From positions 27,342,001-27,406,000 of the forward strand of contig CM022679.1 in the NCBI GenBank assembly GCA_012295275.1: 64,000 nt of DNA, given 5' to 3'. A model generated the notes under the pieces. That model did not search any database and had not been told where the DNA came from. It saw only the letters and a list, made by a program, of their open reading frames with translations. Position 1 is the first letter of the stretch, and each line of letters begins with the position of its first letter. This DNA comes from Chrysomallon squamiferum. Taxonomy: Eukaryota; Animalia; Mollusca. The position numbers were made by a program, and so were the translations under genes. Below, piece by piece: positions 38,942 through 52,531 of this stretch.

Positions 38942-41900
38942 TTAACAACAGAACTGACAAATTTCCATTGGATTAGCTCTTTCTAATGATAAGATTCGTA
39001 TACTTGATTTTGTGTTCATATCACCAAACCTCCTTAGCTGAAAAAAAATAAAAATAGAAGAAAACTGCATATATTTTGGGTGTTTTTTTAATTAATTATA
39101 AGATTACTTAAAAATAGCTGTATATCTGCTTTGTTATTTTACAGGATATTAAATTACAGCTAATGACCAAAACAATAAAATAAAATAATAATAATAATAA
39201 TGTATGAATTGTATGTTGTCAAAATTAAATAAAATTTGAAATTTACATTTTTGAAAAATGTAATTTCACTCTATGACAACAAACATTTCTAGCTAAAATG
39301 TAATGTGATATATAACTGATTTTTAAGAAAGGTATGATAAGTGATAATCATCTCCATTACAAGCTTTGGAAGAAATTATAACATTTCAGTGACGAGAGTA
39401 ACATAAGACAAAATAAAAAATATAAACTGAATAAAGAATTTTACTTTATTCTGAAATATTAATAGAAATACCTTAAATTTCACTTTACACCTTTCTAAAA
39501 GATAATTCCACTTTATTTCCGTTTTCTTAATTGGATGCAGATGTTGAAAATCTTCAGCCTGGATAACAAAAATATTACACCATCAGTTTTAAAATTTGTT
39601 GTGCTGTTAAAGATACTTTCATTCACTGAACCAAAATTACTGTGTGTAAAATTACCTTGAAGCCAATAACTTGGTCAGCTACAGAGCCCTGCAAATGACA
39701 GAAATGAATGGTTCCTGAGTGGTCAGTGAGAGATACTGGTATGTTATATTCAACTGTGGCACTCACTGAGTTGTCAAAGTTTTCACTTGTAAATGGGTCC
39801 CCACTACACTCTTGATTTGTACATACAAAGCCAGTTTCCTTTGTCACCTTTCTTTTACACTTTGAGCTAAGAAAGAATAAAATTTATTAAGTGCATCTGT
39901 GACGATATGCACAAAATATTTGTATACCTCATGCATTCTTCCCACTCATAATTTATCAATTAGGTACAACAATAATATTTATAAAAATTTTCTTTTTTGT
40001 AATTTTTTGTCAAATATTTATTTATTTATTTATTTATTTATTTATTTTAACAATTAGGCATAAAATTAAAGAATAGACAATTTTTAAATGATAAATAAAA
40101 TACCAAACTTACCAAATATTTCTAAATATTGAATTGTCTTCACTGTCATTATCAATGTTGAAACATGTAATAAAAGCATATATCACTCCATAATCAACAA
40201 TGTTTTGGGACGAACCATCCCTTTTCATTTCTTTTATTTGTTCAATACTGTAAACATTAGTTATGCTGTCCACTGCAAAACAAAGTTAGAAAACCTTCAA
40301 ATTAACACAAACATACAAATAATATCAGTTTTTGTATACTGATGATTTCATAACCAGAGTACTGATGTGAATGAATAAATACTGTTTACAATGAATGATC
40401 AAAAAACATCTGAGCAGTTTACATTTTTTTTATAATTAATTATTAGTGGAATTTATAAATGTAAATAGTTATGTGAAATATGTGTGTTTTTTGTTAATAT
40501 TATCAACTAATACAATACAGATAGAACTGCAAGTTTAAAACATTGTCATTTATGGGGGCATTTCTATATATATATATATTTATTTATATATTTATATGAA
40601 AAAAAAAGAAAATCTGTTTCAGCTTTATCCTGCAGTAATTACGCTTTTGGGATATAAATCATTAAAGACAAATATAAATTTAGATTTTCAGATGAACAAA
40701 GGGAAAATAACAGCAAAAGTTAAGCTTGTTGATAGTTCCAAATATCATACTAGTGTCTGCTGGTCATAAAACTCATCTTACAGTCAGGATCAGGTTCTTC
40801 TTTCTGTCTGCTGTCACTACTCCAGTCAGTGTTAGAACAAGCAAACTGATACAAACTGTGAGCTTCAGGAGTGTCTGTAACAGAATTAAAAATAGTGTTC
40901 AGATAAATAGCTAATGTATTAAACATTCAGAACATTAGCTGTGACTATTTTAAAAACCATTTAATAACGATAAAATGAAATTAATATAATGTTAAAATTA
41001 TCTTGACTGACACTTCATGTTAGACATCTGAAAGCAATTAATATTAAAATATACTGAAATGTCATTAAGCATATAGATGAGTAATTATTGAGTATAAATT
41101 ACCTGGATCCACGGTGAAAACAGTTTTCGAGGTAGCTGTTCCTATCATAGCAGATTTAAAATCATTGTACAATATTTTCACATCAGCAGCAAACACAACT
41201 GAAACACCAAAATACTTAAACAAACTAAAATGAACATCATTAAATAGAACAGACACTAGAATACCAGATGTATGTCAGTTGTGGATAAATTAAATTTCCA
41301 ACAACTCAAAAAAACTTTTTCTGTTAAGAATAAAAGTAAAGAAATTCACTATATACAGATATCAAAAACCTTTAAAGAATAAATTATAAAATAATACTAA
41401 TTACAAATTAATTAATCCCTACCAGTTTGATTTGGTATCCAGGCAGATGCAAGGTCTGCAAAACTATCCCATCTGAAAAATAATATAAAATATGTTTTTA
41501 ACTGAAATAAAAACTGACATCCAATACTCAGCAAGCAATAACTAACTGTAAATGAGAACAACACTCAGTTAATTTTAAGTATACATAATATCTGCATTGT
41601 ATCATTATATCTGAATGTTAAATTATACTCACAAGTCTACTGTGAAACTGGAACATGTTTCATCAAAGAGAACCACAGAACATTTCTTTGTCTTTTTTCC
41701 TATTTTTGTGGTTATATCTTTTACTGGCCATACCTTTTAACGAAGATACAATATACGATAATATACATAAAACAAAAGTTTTTTTACCAGTACTTATAAT
41801 TATCACAAGAATATATATATATATATATATATAGATATATATACATATATACACATACATAAATTTCCACTGCAATAATATTTGGTCAGTTTTCTATTCA

Positions 41901-44492
41901 TAATCAAATCAACAGCTATCTAAATATGAATAGACTTTATACTGACTTAAATACATTAAAAGTTATTAATTAACACCTATTTTAATGAGATAAAAATAGC
42001 TCCTGTAAACAAAACAAAAGACATGATACAAATAATCATATATAGCAAGAGATGATATCTAAGGAGATTTACTTTTTTAACTGCTGCCAGCAAATTAACA
42101 AACTCTCCTTGTAATGCCATTCCATTAGCGTTGATGTCTTCTAGTGTGTAATAGTCATTACTTGGCTTGGTTGGGAGGTGCAGGAGGTGGCTGTAACTGG
42201 GAGCATCCCACCCATTGTACAGCTCTATTTGACCATGATTCTCTGATACATTCAGTTGACACTGGCTGAAAACAGCACATTAATTATTCATAATTCACAA
42301 ATTATTATTACTTAATAAACAGCTACAGATACGTGTGTATATCAGATGTGTGAGTGGGGTTTTTTGGTTTCAGATTGTTATTATTTTTTTATACATTTAT
42401 TATTTATTATCCTCATTTTCTTCTTCTTCTTCTTCCTGTTTTTTCTCTTTCTTTTTTCTCTATTTATTTTATTTTTTTTTTTTTTTTTTAATTTCAGTGA
42501 TTTTTCTTACCTGGGTGTTGATGGTTTGTACTGGTCATCATTAGAATTGTCTGGTTTGCCTTGCACTTGAGCATTTCCTATTTGAACTGCAATAATTAAA
42601 CATCATTTATTTAGTTATTTTGAATATATTTTTAATTATTTTTATTTTTATGGAAAGAATAATACTGAGGAACCTGATTATACTTAATTAAATCATTTTG
42701 AATATTATTATTTAATTTATACAATGATTTTTACTCACCAATTGTTAGTATATTTGCTATAAATATATGTTCTCAAAAACAAATCTGAGTATCAGTAGAT
42801 TTCTTTTTTTCATACAGTATAATTAACATATATATATATATATATATACAAAATGTATCTGTGACAAATGTGAATACTATTTTCTATTATACAAAAATAA
42901 ATAGATAACTTTAAATCATTACTTCTTACCAAAAAAATAATAAAAAATTAAATTTTGTCACTCACCCACATTTCCAACCCTAATGTTACTGTTAACATTA
43001 TTAATAAATTCAGCATTTCCCCAGCAAGTTACATTTATAAAAGTTTCTGCTGAGTCACGAATAGTTAAAGATAACAAATGTCTTTCAGATCCACAATCTA
43101 CAAACAATAACTATTTTACTGTATTATTAGTAGTAGTAATAGTAGTAGTTCTTCTTGTTGTTGTTGTTATTGTCATTGTCATTAAATGTACCTTAAATAG
43201 CTCATATGTATAAATTTGTATAATTATTAATTTTATTATTATTATTATTAATATTATTGTTATTATTACTGACTGAATGATTGATTATTAGTAAGGTTAT
43301 TGTTGTTGTTGTTGTTGATGATGTTATTGTTTTATAAGCCATTAATATATACAGTTAAATTTTTAAAATGCTCACTCTTTTTACTTATAACAGACTTTGG
43401 GCCATCTTTGGTTAAAACAATACCAATAATTGTCTGCAATTTAAGAAAACATTTTAAAAATATAAAAAATATAAATAATGATAATAAAACATTTTGTTTT
43501 CACACACACACACACACACGTGCATTTTAGTTTCATATATATTGTTTTATTTAACACCACCATTAAAGAACACTAATTAAATTTCTATCACTGATTATTT
43601 AGACAAACGGCATGGGCATTTGTTATGTAATTTTTAAAAACAACTATTATTTATTTTTATGTTATTGTAGTTTTTCAGACATGATCAGAATTTTTCTAAC
43701 TTTTTCTTCAGCCGCAACAAATAATAGAAAAGAATACATCTTAGCCTTTGATAATCAGTCACAGACATAAGGTGGAAAAGAAAACAGCCCTACAATAGAA
43801 CTATAATTTTATGAAACTGATACGTCTTCGGGTTAACACTTACCGTAACTACTAAATATGTAACCAAAAGAAACAAGCAAAAAATTAAAAAATTAAAAAT
43901 TAAATTATTTTTAAAAAGACTCCAACTTTTGTTTTCACATTGAAAATAATATATAGAGGAAATCACAAGCTGAAATTGTCGCACCATTAACAGCATCAGT
44001 TCGGGATTTTGGAAGTTTTCAATTAGCCATAACCGCGCTTCCGCTAAACCTCACAGCGCAAAGCTAACAAAACGCGTAAATTTTAATCTTTTAATAAATT
44101 AGAAATAAACTCGTCACTGGTTTTTTACTGGTTGTGAATATAGCGTACAATTTCAGCATTTCATATGCGATAATTATCTGTAAACATATGATATTATTTT
44201 GATTACTTGCTAATTCTACCGCTAAAACTCTTTCTCATTAAACATTAATAATAAACAGTTACACCCCAGCAGTATTAGGTGTAATTATTTATAAGACACC
44301 TTTTTCAATAATAAATAAGATAACATAGCGTTACATAATTAGCAACGACCGTATTAAAACTTCTGAAATTAGAATTTCTAACTACGTTTGCATAAATCGT
44401 TGGAAAAAATAATAGGTAATAATAATAAAATTTTATTCATTGTAAAAATCAGTCGATGATTTAAAAAACGTATTAGAGTAAATGATATATCT

Positions 44493-44560
<68 letters not shown>

Positions 44561-44774
44561 AATAATTATGAAAACTCACAACATTTGGCATATCAGAACA
44601 AATATCTCCTATTTTGGTTAAACCAGATGGAATTGGAATGTTTATTTGATTGTTTTGGCATGGATTTGAAATTCGAATGTTTTTTGTGGAAGCCCTTTTA
44701 CTATTGCATCTCTTCTTGGCATTGTCGGAATTTCCAAATTGCTTGAAATCATCAAAGCGTCCTGACCAAGCCAT
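38942..44774 (-). CDS. MEIOB: Meiosis-specific OB-fold ssDNA-binding protein MEIOB
   Basis: 13 exons: 44774-44580, 43433-43376, 43097-42966 (GSERHLLSLTIRDSAETFINVTCWG), 42586-42511, 42265-42073 (LLHLPTKPSNDYYTLEDINANG...VNLLAAVK), 41733-41633 (LFDETCSSF), 41472-41423, 41198-41103 (FAADVKI...ATSKTVFTVDP), 40874-40782, 40272-40113, 39866-39656 (Zn-ribbon Cys, LTDHSG), 39558-39472 (KWNYLLERCKV), 39037-38942. All GT-AG with consistent phases. Confidence 0.93.
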
Positions 44775-45192
44775 ATCGTAATATCGTCTATAACAGAATT
44801 AAAATGTTTACTTTTTCCAGTTCATTGGTTTGATTTATTTATTATCATTATTATTATTATTATTCGCTGATTAAATACATGCACACCCGATTCTGATATT
44901 CATAGAATATTTTGTGTGTATGTGGCTATGTGTGTTAAATTTAAAATGTATTACAGGAATCTTTTAAAAAACATTACAAATTTTATTATTTTCATGTGAT
45001 TTGAAAATAAAAACTGTAATAAATTTTACAAATGTCAAAAATGTTGAATTTTTTTTTAATAATAATACATTTTTTACAAATTACATCCGTTTTCGCTTAT
45101 TAACCATTACTTTACACATGATCTGATAAAGTATACGTCATTATGCTGTCGCATAATTCAGACAGTAATAGCTTAAGTAGTTAAAACCTTAG

Positions 45193-45231
<39 letters not shown>

Positions 45232-45573
45232 TATAAAAAGTATATCTATTTTTCAAACCAGATTTAATTTTGTTTCCTTTTCTGTGTCTTGCCGAATCTG
45301 TCGTCTGCTAATACGCATCGCACGTGCCAGTAACTCTGACCATCAACATGTGTAAAGAATTGTAATATTCTTAGATCATAATATTGCATATATAACTTCT
45401 AACAAAATATTCAAACAAGAAAAACGGAATATTTATAATAAATCAAATAGGATTATTGAGGAATATTTGGATAATTTAATTTGGGGGCAGAATCAAAGTA
45501 AATAGTGTAAATGGATACCAGTCGGATTAATGTTGTTAGCGTAATGAAACGAAATTTTCAGTCCTGTTTTAAA
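44775..45573. promoter_or_regulatory. Probable shared divergent promoter and 5' UTR region of MEIOB and C17orf75
   Basis: Start codons diverge about 800 bp apart. CpG-containing patch at 45290-45330. Confidence 0.5.
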
Positions 45574-45983
45574 ATGGCTGAAGAAAGTGATTCTGCATCC
45601 ATTCAAAGTAGTCAAAGTGAACCTTGCACAGAAAAGAAATTGTTTGGATTACAGAGATTTTATTCTCTATATACATTTTATCCAAACAGGTTTGATATTT
45701 TGTTATTTCAACTCGAAATCAAAAAGAAATTTACTGATAAAGAATGTCTTATGTTACCTCGGTCGTAACACTAACACTGTTAGTGTTACTGTACAGTGCT
45801 ATCTCAGTATCTGTCACTTGTCAGTGTCACCATGATCATCATGTGCATAGTTATATCTAATTAAATGTGTTGTGTTGGTTTAATTATATGATATTTTGTG
45901 ACTTATCTTTTTGACATTTGGGTCAGTAAAGTTTAATGTAAAAAAACAACAACAAAAAAATAATAATAAATAAATAAATAAAA

Positions 45984-46023
<40 letters not shown>

Positions 46024-49000
46024 AATAATAAGTAAATTAATCATTTTGTTTTTCGATTAAACATTTAATTATGTTAAATGTAATTTACTTATTTAACTTT
46101 TTTATGTTTATACTGATATATGATCTACTGAATATTTCATATTTGTTACACAAACACAAGCACACATGCACACGCACAAACGCACACAGACATATATTTA
46201 TTCTATTCTATTTTTAATAAGTCATATAATTCTGTTTATTTTGATTTATTTTAAGGTCATTTGTGAGGAATGAGAACAGCAGTGATAGCAGTGAATCACA
46301 AGATGGAAGTCTGAGGTTTTATTTAATTCCTTGAGTTTAATACAAATTATTTTATCACAAACAATAAAGCATTGATAGCAATAAACAACACATTACATTT
46401 TAATTGCTTTAACAGTATCATACTCACATATTAATGTTTTATAAAAATTAAAATAAATTGAAAGATATCATTAAAGTTGATGTAAACAACTGATAAGATT
46501 TACATAATTCAGTATCTTACAATATATACAGAAGTTTCTGTTGTAATGGTTTCGGTGTCACATGAAAATAATCAAAATAATTTTTTTTAAAAATATTCCA
46601 TATCTTTAAAAATATCAACAAATGCTATAAATGACTCTGAATATAATGTTAAAGACATTTGGTTATTGTTTTATTTTGTGGTGTTAAAGAAAACAAACTA
46701 TATTTATTTTATATTTGTTATTTTTTTTATTTTTATTTTTTTCAGTCTGAGTGTTGTGGCTACAAATCTTCCTGCTTCATCTGAGACTGAACTTAGGACG
46801 GCTCTGAGTCTGAAGTTGTCTCGTTTCTCAAACATCGAGGGTGGTCATTTTCTGTCACTACTTTTGAGGTAAGTGACTTATGGTTTTCTCTAAACGCTAG
46901 AGATTTTCTGTTTGGTTGCATGCACTAAACATATATTTTTTAGCTTCAGGGACCAAAAATGTGTGTGCAATATTATAGTAACAAAAGCATTCAGATTTTT
47001 CAGCTGCATCAGTAAGAGCAGGTCTTGAAATGGCAAATAAAAATAGCCAAAACAGTCATAAGAATTGGTTGTTTGTCTAAAAATTGTCTAAATCTGTTTT
47101 TATATGATTATTTCTGTTTAATTTTAATTTTAATTTTAAAGTTTACCAGAAGAAAAACAGAGCAGATCTGCTGTAATTTACTACTCAGTACTAAAGGGAA
47201 GCAACTCTCCTAAAAAGAATTCTAGTGGCGATGAAACATCAGATCAGCAGTATATTATTAGTTTCATTTCATTTATCGACACCTCATTAGACTTGTATCC
47301 TTTTGAAGAATTATGTATGTCTAGATATAAAGTTATTCAGCACTGTTCGATTTCTCTTTTCTTAAAATTAGAGAAGCAAAAAAATCAAATCAATATATGA
47401 TACGAAATGTTTGTTTAAGCTTAAAAACAAAAAATAAAATATAAAAAAAACAAATAAAAAACCATTTTTAAAATGAATAATTTATTTTGGAAAACATGGA
47501 TGCAAATGCCAAGTAAAATAAAATTTTAATACAAAGAAATATGTAGTTAAAAAAATATATAAAATAAAAAAATAAAAATTATAACTGAGAACCACTCAGA
47601 ATAAAAACATTGTTCTGAGGCGTCTGTCTTTTTCTTTTTGCTGTTTGAATTGCTTAACAATATGCAGATTTCGAGCAGAACTTGACAGCTATAGTTATGG
47701 TCTATTAACACTTCTAGATGCTCAGGTAAAACAGACTTCCACATATCATGAGTAATATCTTCTTCCAGTTTAAAACTGTAGTTAGCTTTATACTATAATG
47801 ACTAGATGTTGAGTTTCTAAGTTCAAATAATGCTACCTAATTTTGCATAATTTAACATTTTAAAATTTTAATGTATTTATTTTTGTTAGTATATTTTTTT
47901 CTTAATTTATTGAAGTAATACGTTTTAATGTTGCTATTAAGTAGCACTATGGATTCATTCAAATTTAAGATTTTTTAGATATACATTTAATTTTCAATAT
48001 TACTGCTGATACTACAGTTATTATTTTCTCAAATTTTTAACAGAATGTCAATAGTGTTTCATGTAGTTCATATCTCTGCTTAATGAATATTTTTCAGTTT
48101 TGATCTATGATTATTCTGAATGTCTTTTCTGAACTATTCCTAAAACTAATTTCTTGCATTAGTTATCAGCTGAATTGTTTTATTAAAGTATGTTTGTTTT
48201 GCATAATTATTTGACTAGAGAACTTAAAGTATTTATTTCAAACTGAGATAATTATATGAAACTGAGATAATTTCATTTATTATATTTGTTCTTATAAATT
48301 AACATAAAAATAACAAAGGCTAATATTTAAAAATTAATTTTAAAATGATTAAACAGCAATTTTTGTACAATTCAAGTATCTCGACAACATGACAAAGATT
48401 TTATGTATACCTTTCATCATTTTATGTCTATTTTATTTTCCTTAGGATAAACATTAAATTCTAACAATAGCCTAAATAAAATGCACTTTAGCTTTTGTTA
48501 CATTAAAAAAATTCACAATAAAATAAATAACAATTCAAAAACAATTACAAAAATAAAAATAAAGATATAGGAGATATTAATAATAAATAGATCAATAATA
48601 GCAAATAATAATAATCATAAACAGAAGAAGGATCACTATAATAAATAAAAAGTATAATTAAAAGATAAAATATGAATACAAAAATAATAATCAATGTAAA
48701 AAGAAGTACAGATATATCAAAAATTAGTAATAAATAAATCATTAAATTAATCATAATAATAAGCAGGAGAATAATGAATAGTAATAAATGATAATTATAA
48801 ATAAAGTAAAACAATAAAAGTGTATATAACATATATATATATATATGTAAATAATAATATGTTCTTTGTATTGCTGTCAAAAATCATAATTCCCTCATGC
48901 CCTTCAGTCTCTGCCATTATCTTCTACTCTTTCTTCAATCCTCAACCTACTAAAACAATAATTTAAATGTTTTTTCTATCCCAGCACATCAGATTTTAAC

Positions 49001-49238
49001 AGAAAAAGCTAGAGACTAGAAACACAAAAAAAAAAAAATAATAATAATTTAAAATAATAATAATAATAATGTTGTAGAGCTATTTTTCACTTATTATTAA
49101 TCTACTAGTTTTGAATTGTTGCATGTTCCAACTGCAGTCTTCATCTGAACTGAACTCAACACCTGACGAATGTGTTAATGAATCTTCCCAGGTACTAACT
49201 CTGTGTGTATGTTGTGGTTTTTTTCTGTTTTGTGCGTG

Positions 49239-49305
<67 letters not shown>

Positions 49306-52300
49306 GGGTTTGGGTAAGTGAATGTGTGAGAAATACGCAAGTTTGACTATCTGTATATTTTGTTTTCTTTATCTAAATATTCTCCTCCTTTTCAATTTCA
49401 CAAAATGTCTTTCACAAAATGCATGTGTTTTGCTGCTGTCCTTCCCAGAATTCATATATGTTTGCTCACTTTTATTTCTCTTCCTTTTTCAAAAATAAAT
49501 ATTATAGTTATTAATTTATATCATATATATTAAAATATATTTCTCAAATTTTTGTTAGACCATTTACTTTTATTATTTTGTAATATTTTTAATAGATTTT
49601 GCCTTATTTAGAAAACAAAGAAAATGTATTACTATTTTTTTTATTCTTTTAGATCAAAAATGAAAATTAACTTTATTAAACATTTTACAGTAATAAAGAA
49701 AAATTATGTAGTTGGAAAGGAAGCTTTACTGATACAGTTTTACATTTTTGTGTGGTTTCTTTATGTCAGTGGAGGATCTGGATGATGATATTTTTATATT
49801 TTAAAAAATAATAATAAAAAATAAATAAAAATACAAACCATTACTGTTATACACTACTACTTTTTAAACAGTTTTTTTTACATATATTTTCATACTACTT
49901 CTTCACATTAATATTAATTTACAAATAGAGTGAATACAATGTTATTTGATACCTTCAACAAACAAAAAGTATCATGATTTTAGCTTCATATTTTTTACAA
50001 TAACTGATTAAATCACTTTCATGTCAGGTAACTACACACAAAGCATATTCATTTTAAATGATTATTTGTAATGTCTATAATAACTTGATGGTAGTCTGAT
50101 ATGAATATGATCAGGTTAGATAATGTTTAGAAATTTTAATGAAATGTATTATGTGTTACATAGAGATAAACAAAACGTAGCTATACTTGTTATGTTGATA
50201 TGATTTATCCTCAGCTCACTCAGTTAGATGGTTCTGTAAAGGAGTATCTAGAGAAATGGTACGAAGTGGTGCTGCAGTATATCACACGCTGTGCCAAACG
50301 CCTGGGTCCTCACATCCAATATTTAATATATACAGTAGGTATAACACTGTTTTAATCACTGCTTGTAGCTTATCAGTTTATTTATTGATTTAACCTCATT
50401 CACTATGGAATAAAACATTTTCTTTCATACAGATATATATATATATGTATGTATGCATTATACAATATAAGCTGTGATTGTTTGTACAGGGTAAACTGTG
50501 ATACTGTTGTAGTACAAATTAATTCAAACAATGAAACAAGTAATTAAAATGTTCACTCCTTTTCATCTTTTTCTCATTTCTAAGTGGAATCTGTGTGTGT
50601 GTTTGTGTTAAGTGCACGCACACACACACACACATTGCTATGCATATATACAGCAGGTGCAGGTTTTATTTAAAGTGTTCTGGATAAATTAACATGTTCC
50701 TCAAATTATCTAATTAACAATGACAAGCAAAAATAAATAGAACAGTCCTTAAGATGTGTTTTGTTTTAAAAGTTTTAGATAAAGGGTTGAGCTTAAACTT
50801 CCAACGATGAAATGTTGGATTAGTCTTACAAAGTATTTTAGTGTATAAATATGAGGTTTCAATTTTCAGGCACTGTTAGATGCAAGTTTGGACATAAAAG
50901 GTGCTACAAAAGAAGAGGAAGAGGATATTAGAAAGTAGGTCACTGAATTTATCTTTTTTCTTATTATTAAGTCTCTTATCAATGGTGACAAATAATGTAT
51001 GTTTGTGTATATGTGTATGTGTATGTAGATGCAGGTGTACATGTACATTTACTTTGTTTTCCAGGTTTATACAGAGTTGCAGTATAACTCCTCTAGTTCA
51101 GGCAGGACTAGGAGGTGGTTCTCCTACAGACAGTGAACTGCTGTTGTCTTTTGGAGGACAAACCAGTGAGTGGCTCCTACCTATAACAGCAAAACTAACA
51201 CTCAGGGAAGAAACTGTAGCTTTTGATGTCGATGGTAAATTATGACTTATTTGTATTAATATTATTTATTATAATAAATGCAAGATTATATTTTATATTA
51301 TGATTGTAGAAGTGCAAAGTCTGTTTTCTTGGTATGTGTGTTTGTGGGGTGTTTTGTTAATTTTGTTTACTAGGATTTAAATATTAGAGGTTTTCAATTA
51401 TCATTATTATTATTATTATTGTATTATATACATACACTTTATTAACACTTTATTTGCTTGATTTATAAATATGTGATATTAGTGTCTGTCTGTGACATTT
51501 TTGTATTTGTAGGTTTTTCTCCAAGCTGTCAGTTCTGCAAATTGTCAGCTGATCACCTTCTTTCAGGGGAGACAACCAGTGTAACAAAACTCAGGGACTC
51601 TTTAGAAGCTATCAAGTTAGCTGTAAGATAATTTCTTGTTGACTTTGTAATTTTCATTTCATACACCTGAACTGTTACATAACTGTGTCATAGTTACTCC
51701 TCTCCAATTTTAATTATCATTGTTATTATAATAAAAAAATAAAAAAATAAGAAATAAAGTGCATTTATATCGGCTCTATGGGTGGGCTGGCATGATTTAA
51801 TGGACTGGAATTAATTAGATATTAATCTGATCCCAGGACTAGCAAACCAAGCTGTATTTGTATAATAATAATAATAATAATACTATTTGCATCTTATAAA
51901 AACTGTATAAAAGAATTGAAATGTGGGGTTTTTTTTCAGTTTGTACATAACTTGAACAAATTAAAGAGGTTACTGAAACATGCTGAAATTGACCACTATG
52001 CCCTGTACAGGTGAGAACTGGTGTTAATGTTATATATTTTTTAATTCAAACTTCACTTCATTATACAGTAGAATGAATGTTTAACAGCATGAAAACACAT
52101 ACACATGCTTAATTTGTAGACAAGCAATTTAAATACTCAAGGATAATTATAGTTAATAAATTTGTTTTAAAAGACATAACCATACAATCACGTTAATTTA
52201 AATAACGGGCAGGAGTTAATTTGTTTTAACAGACATACACATAAACTCATGTTAATTTAAATAACAGGAGTTAATTTGTGTTAACAGATATACACATACA

Positions 52301-52531
52301 CTCATGTTAAATAACGGGAGTTAATTTGTTTTAACAGACATACACATACGTTCATGTTAATTTAAATAACAGGAGTTAATTTGTTTTAACAGATCTCTGT
52401 CGTACTTAAAGAAGTGTGGGGCAGGTGATCTGTTACTTCGCTATGTTCAGCTTGATGCAAACAATGAGACAGTGGATGTTCTCAATGTCATTCAGGAATT
52501 CCTCAAAGAGAAAGGACAACATTTAGTTTAA
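45574..52531 (+). CDS. C17orf75: Protein Njmu-R1 (C17orf75; WDR11-FAM91A1 complex subunit)
   Basis: Exons 45574-45689 (FYSLYTF), 46256-46315, 46746-46868 (SLSVVATNLPASSETELR), 47142-47294, 47668-47725 (LFRAELDSY), 50215-50334 (YLEKWYE), 50870-50934, 51065-51234, 51513-51622, 51940-52010 (NKLKRLLKHAEIDHYALY), 52393-52531 (YLKKCGAGDLLL...VLNVIQEF). These match recalled Njmu-R1 motifs (TNLPSEVEPELR, LFRLELDKY, AEMNHYALF, LKNCGSGDILL). An upstream in-frame ATG at 45511 is possible. Confidence 0.9.
47295..47667 (+). other. U12-type (minor spliceosome) GT-AG intron in C17orf75
   Basis: 5' end GTATCCTTT. Branch-like TTGCTTAAC just upstream of CAG with no polypyrimidine tract. Splicing restores the frame (SLDL|FRAELD). 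Confidence 0.9.
52150..52392 (+). repeat. ~55-bp tandem repeat containing copies of the last C17orf75 acceptor
   Basis: GGAGTTAATTTG(T/G)TTTAACAG-like units with AGs ending at about 52232, 52287, 52337 and 52392, plus a degenerate first unit. Confidence 0.9.

Noticed and set aside
45765-45789. 11-bp stem hairpin GTAACACTAAC-ACT-GTTAGTGTTAC in C17orf75 intron 1
   Set aside because: Short and isolated, with no recognisable ncRNA features.
45574-52531. Initial guess of a centromere protein (CENP-L/CENP-P)
   Set aside because: The joined exons match Njmu-R1/C17orf75 motifs instead.
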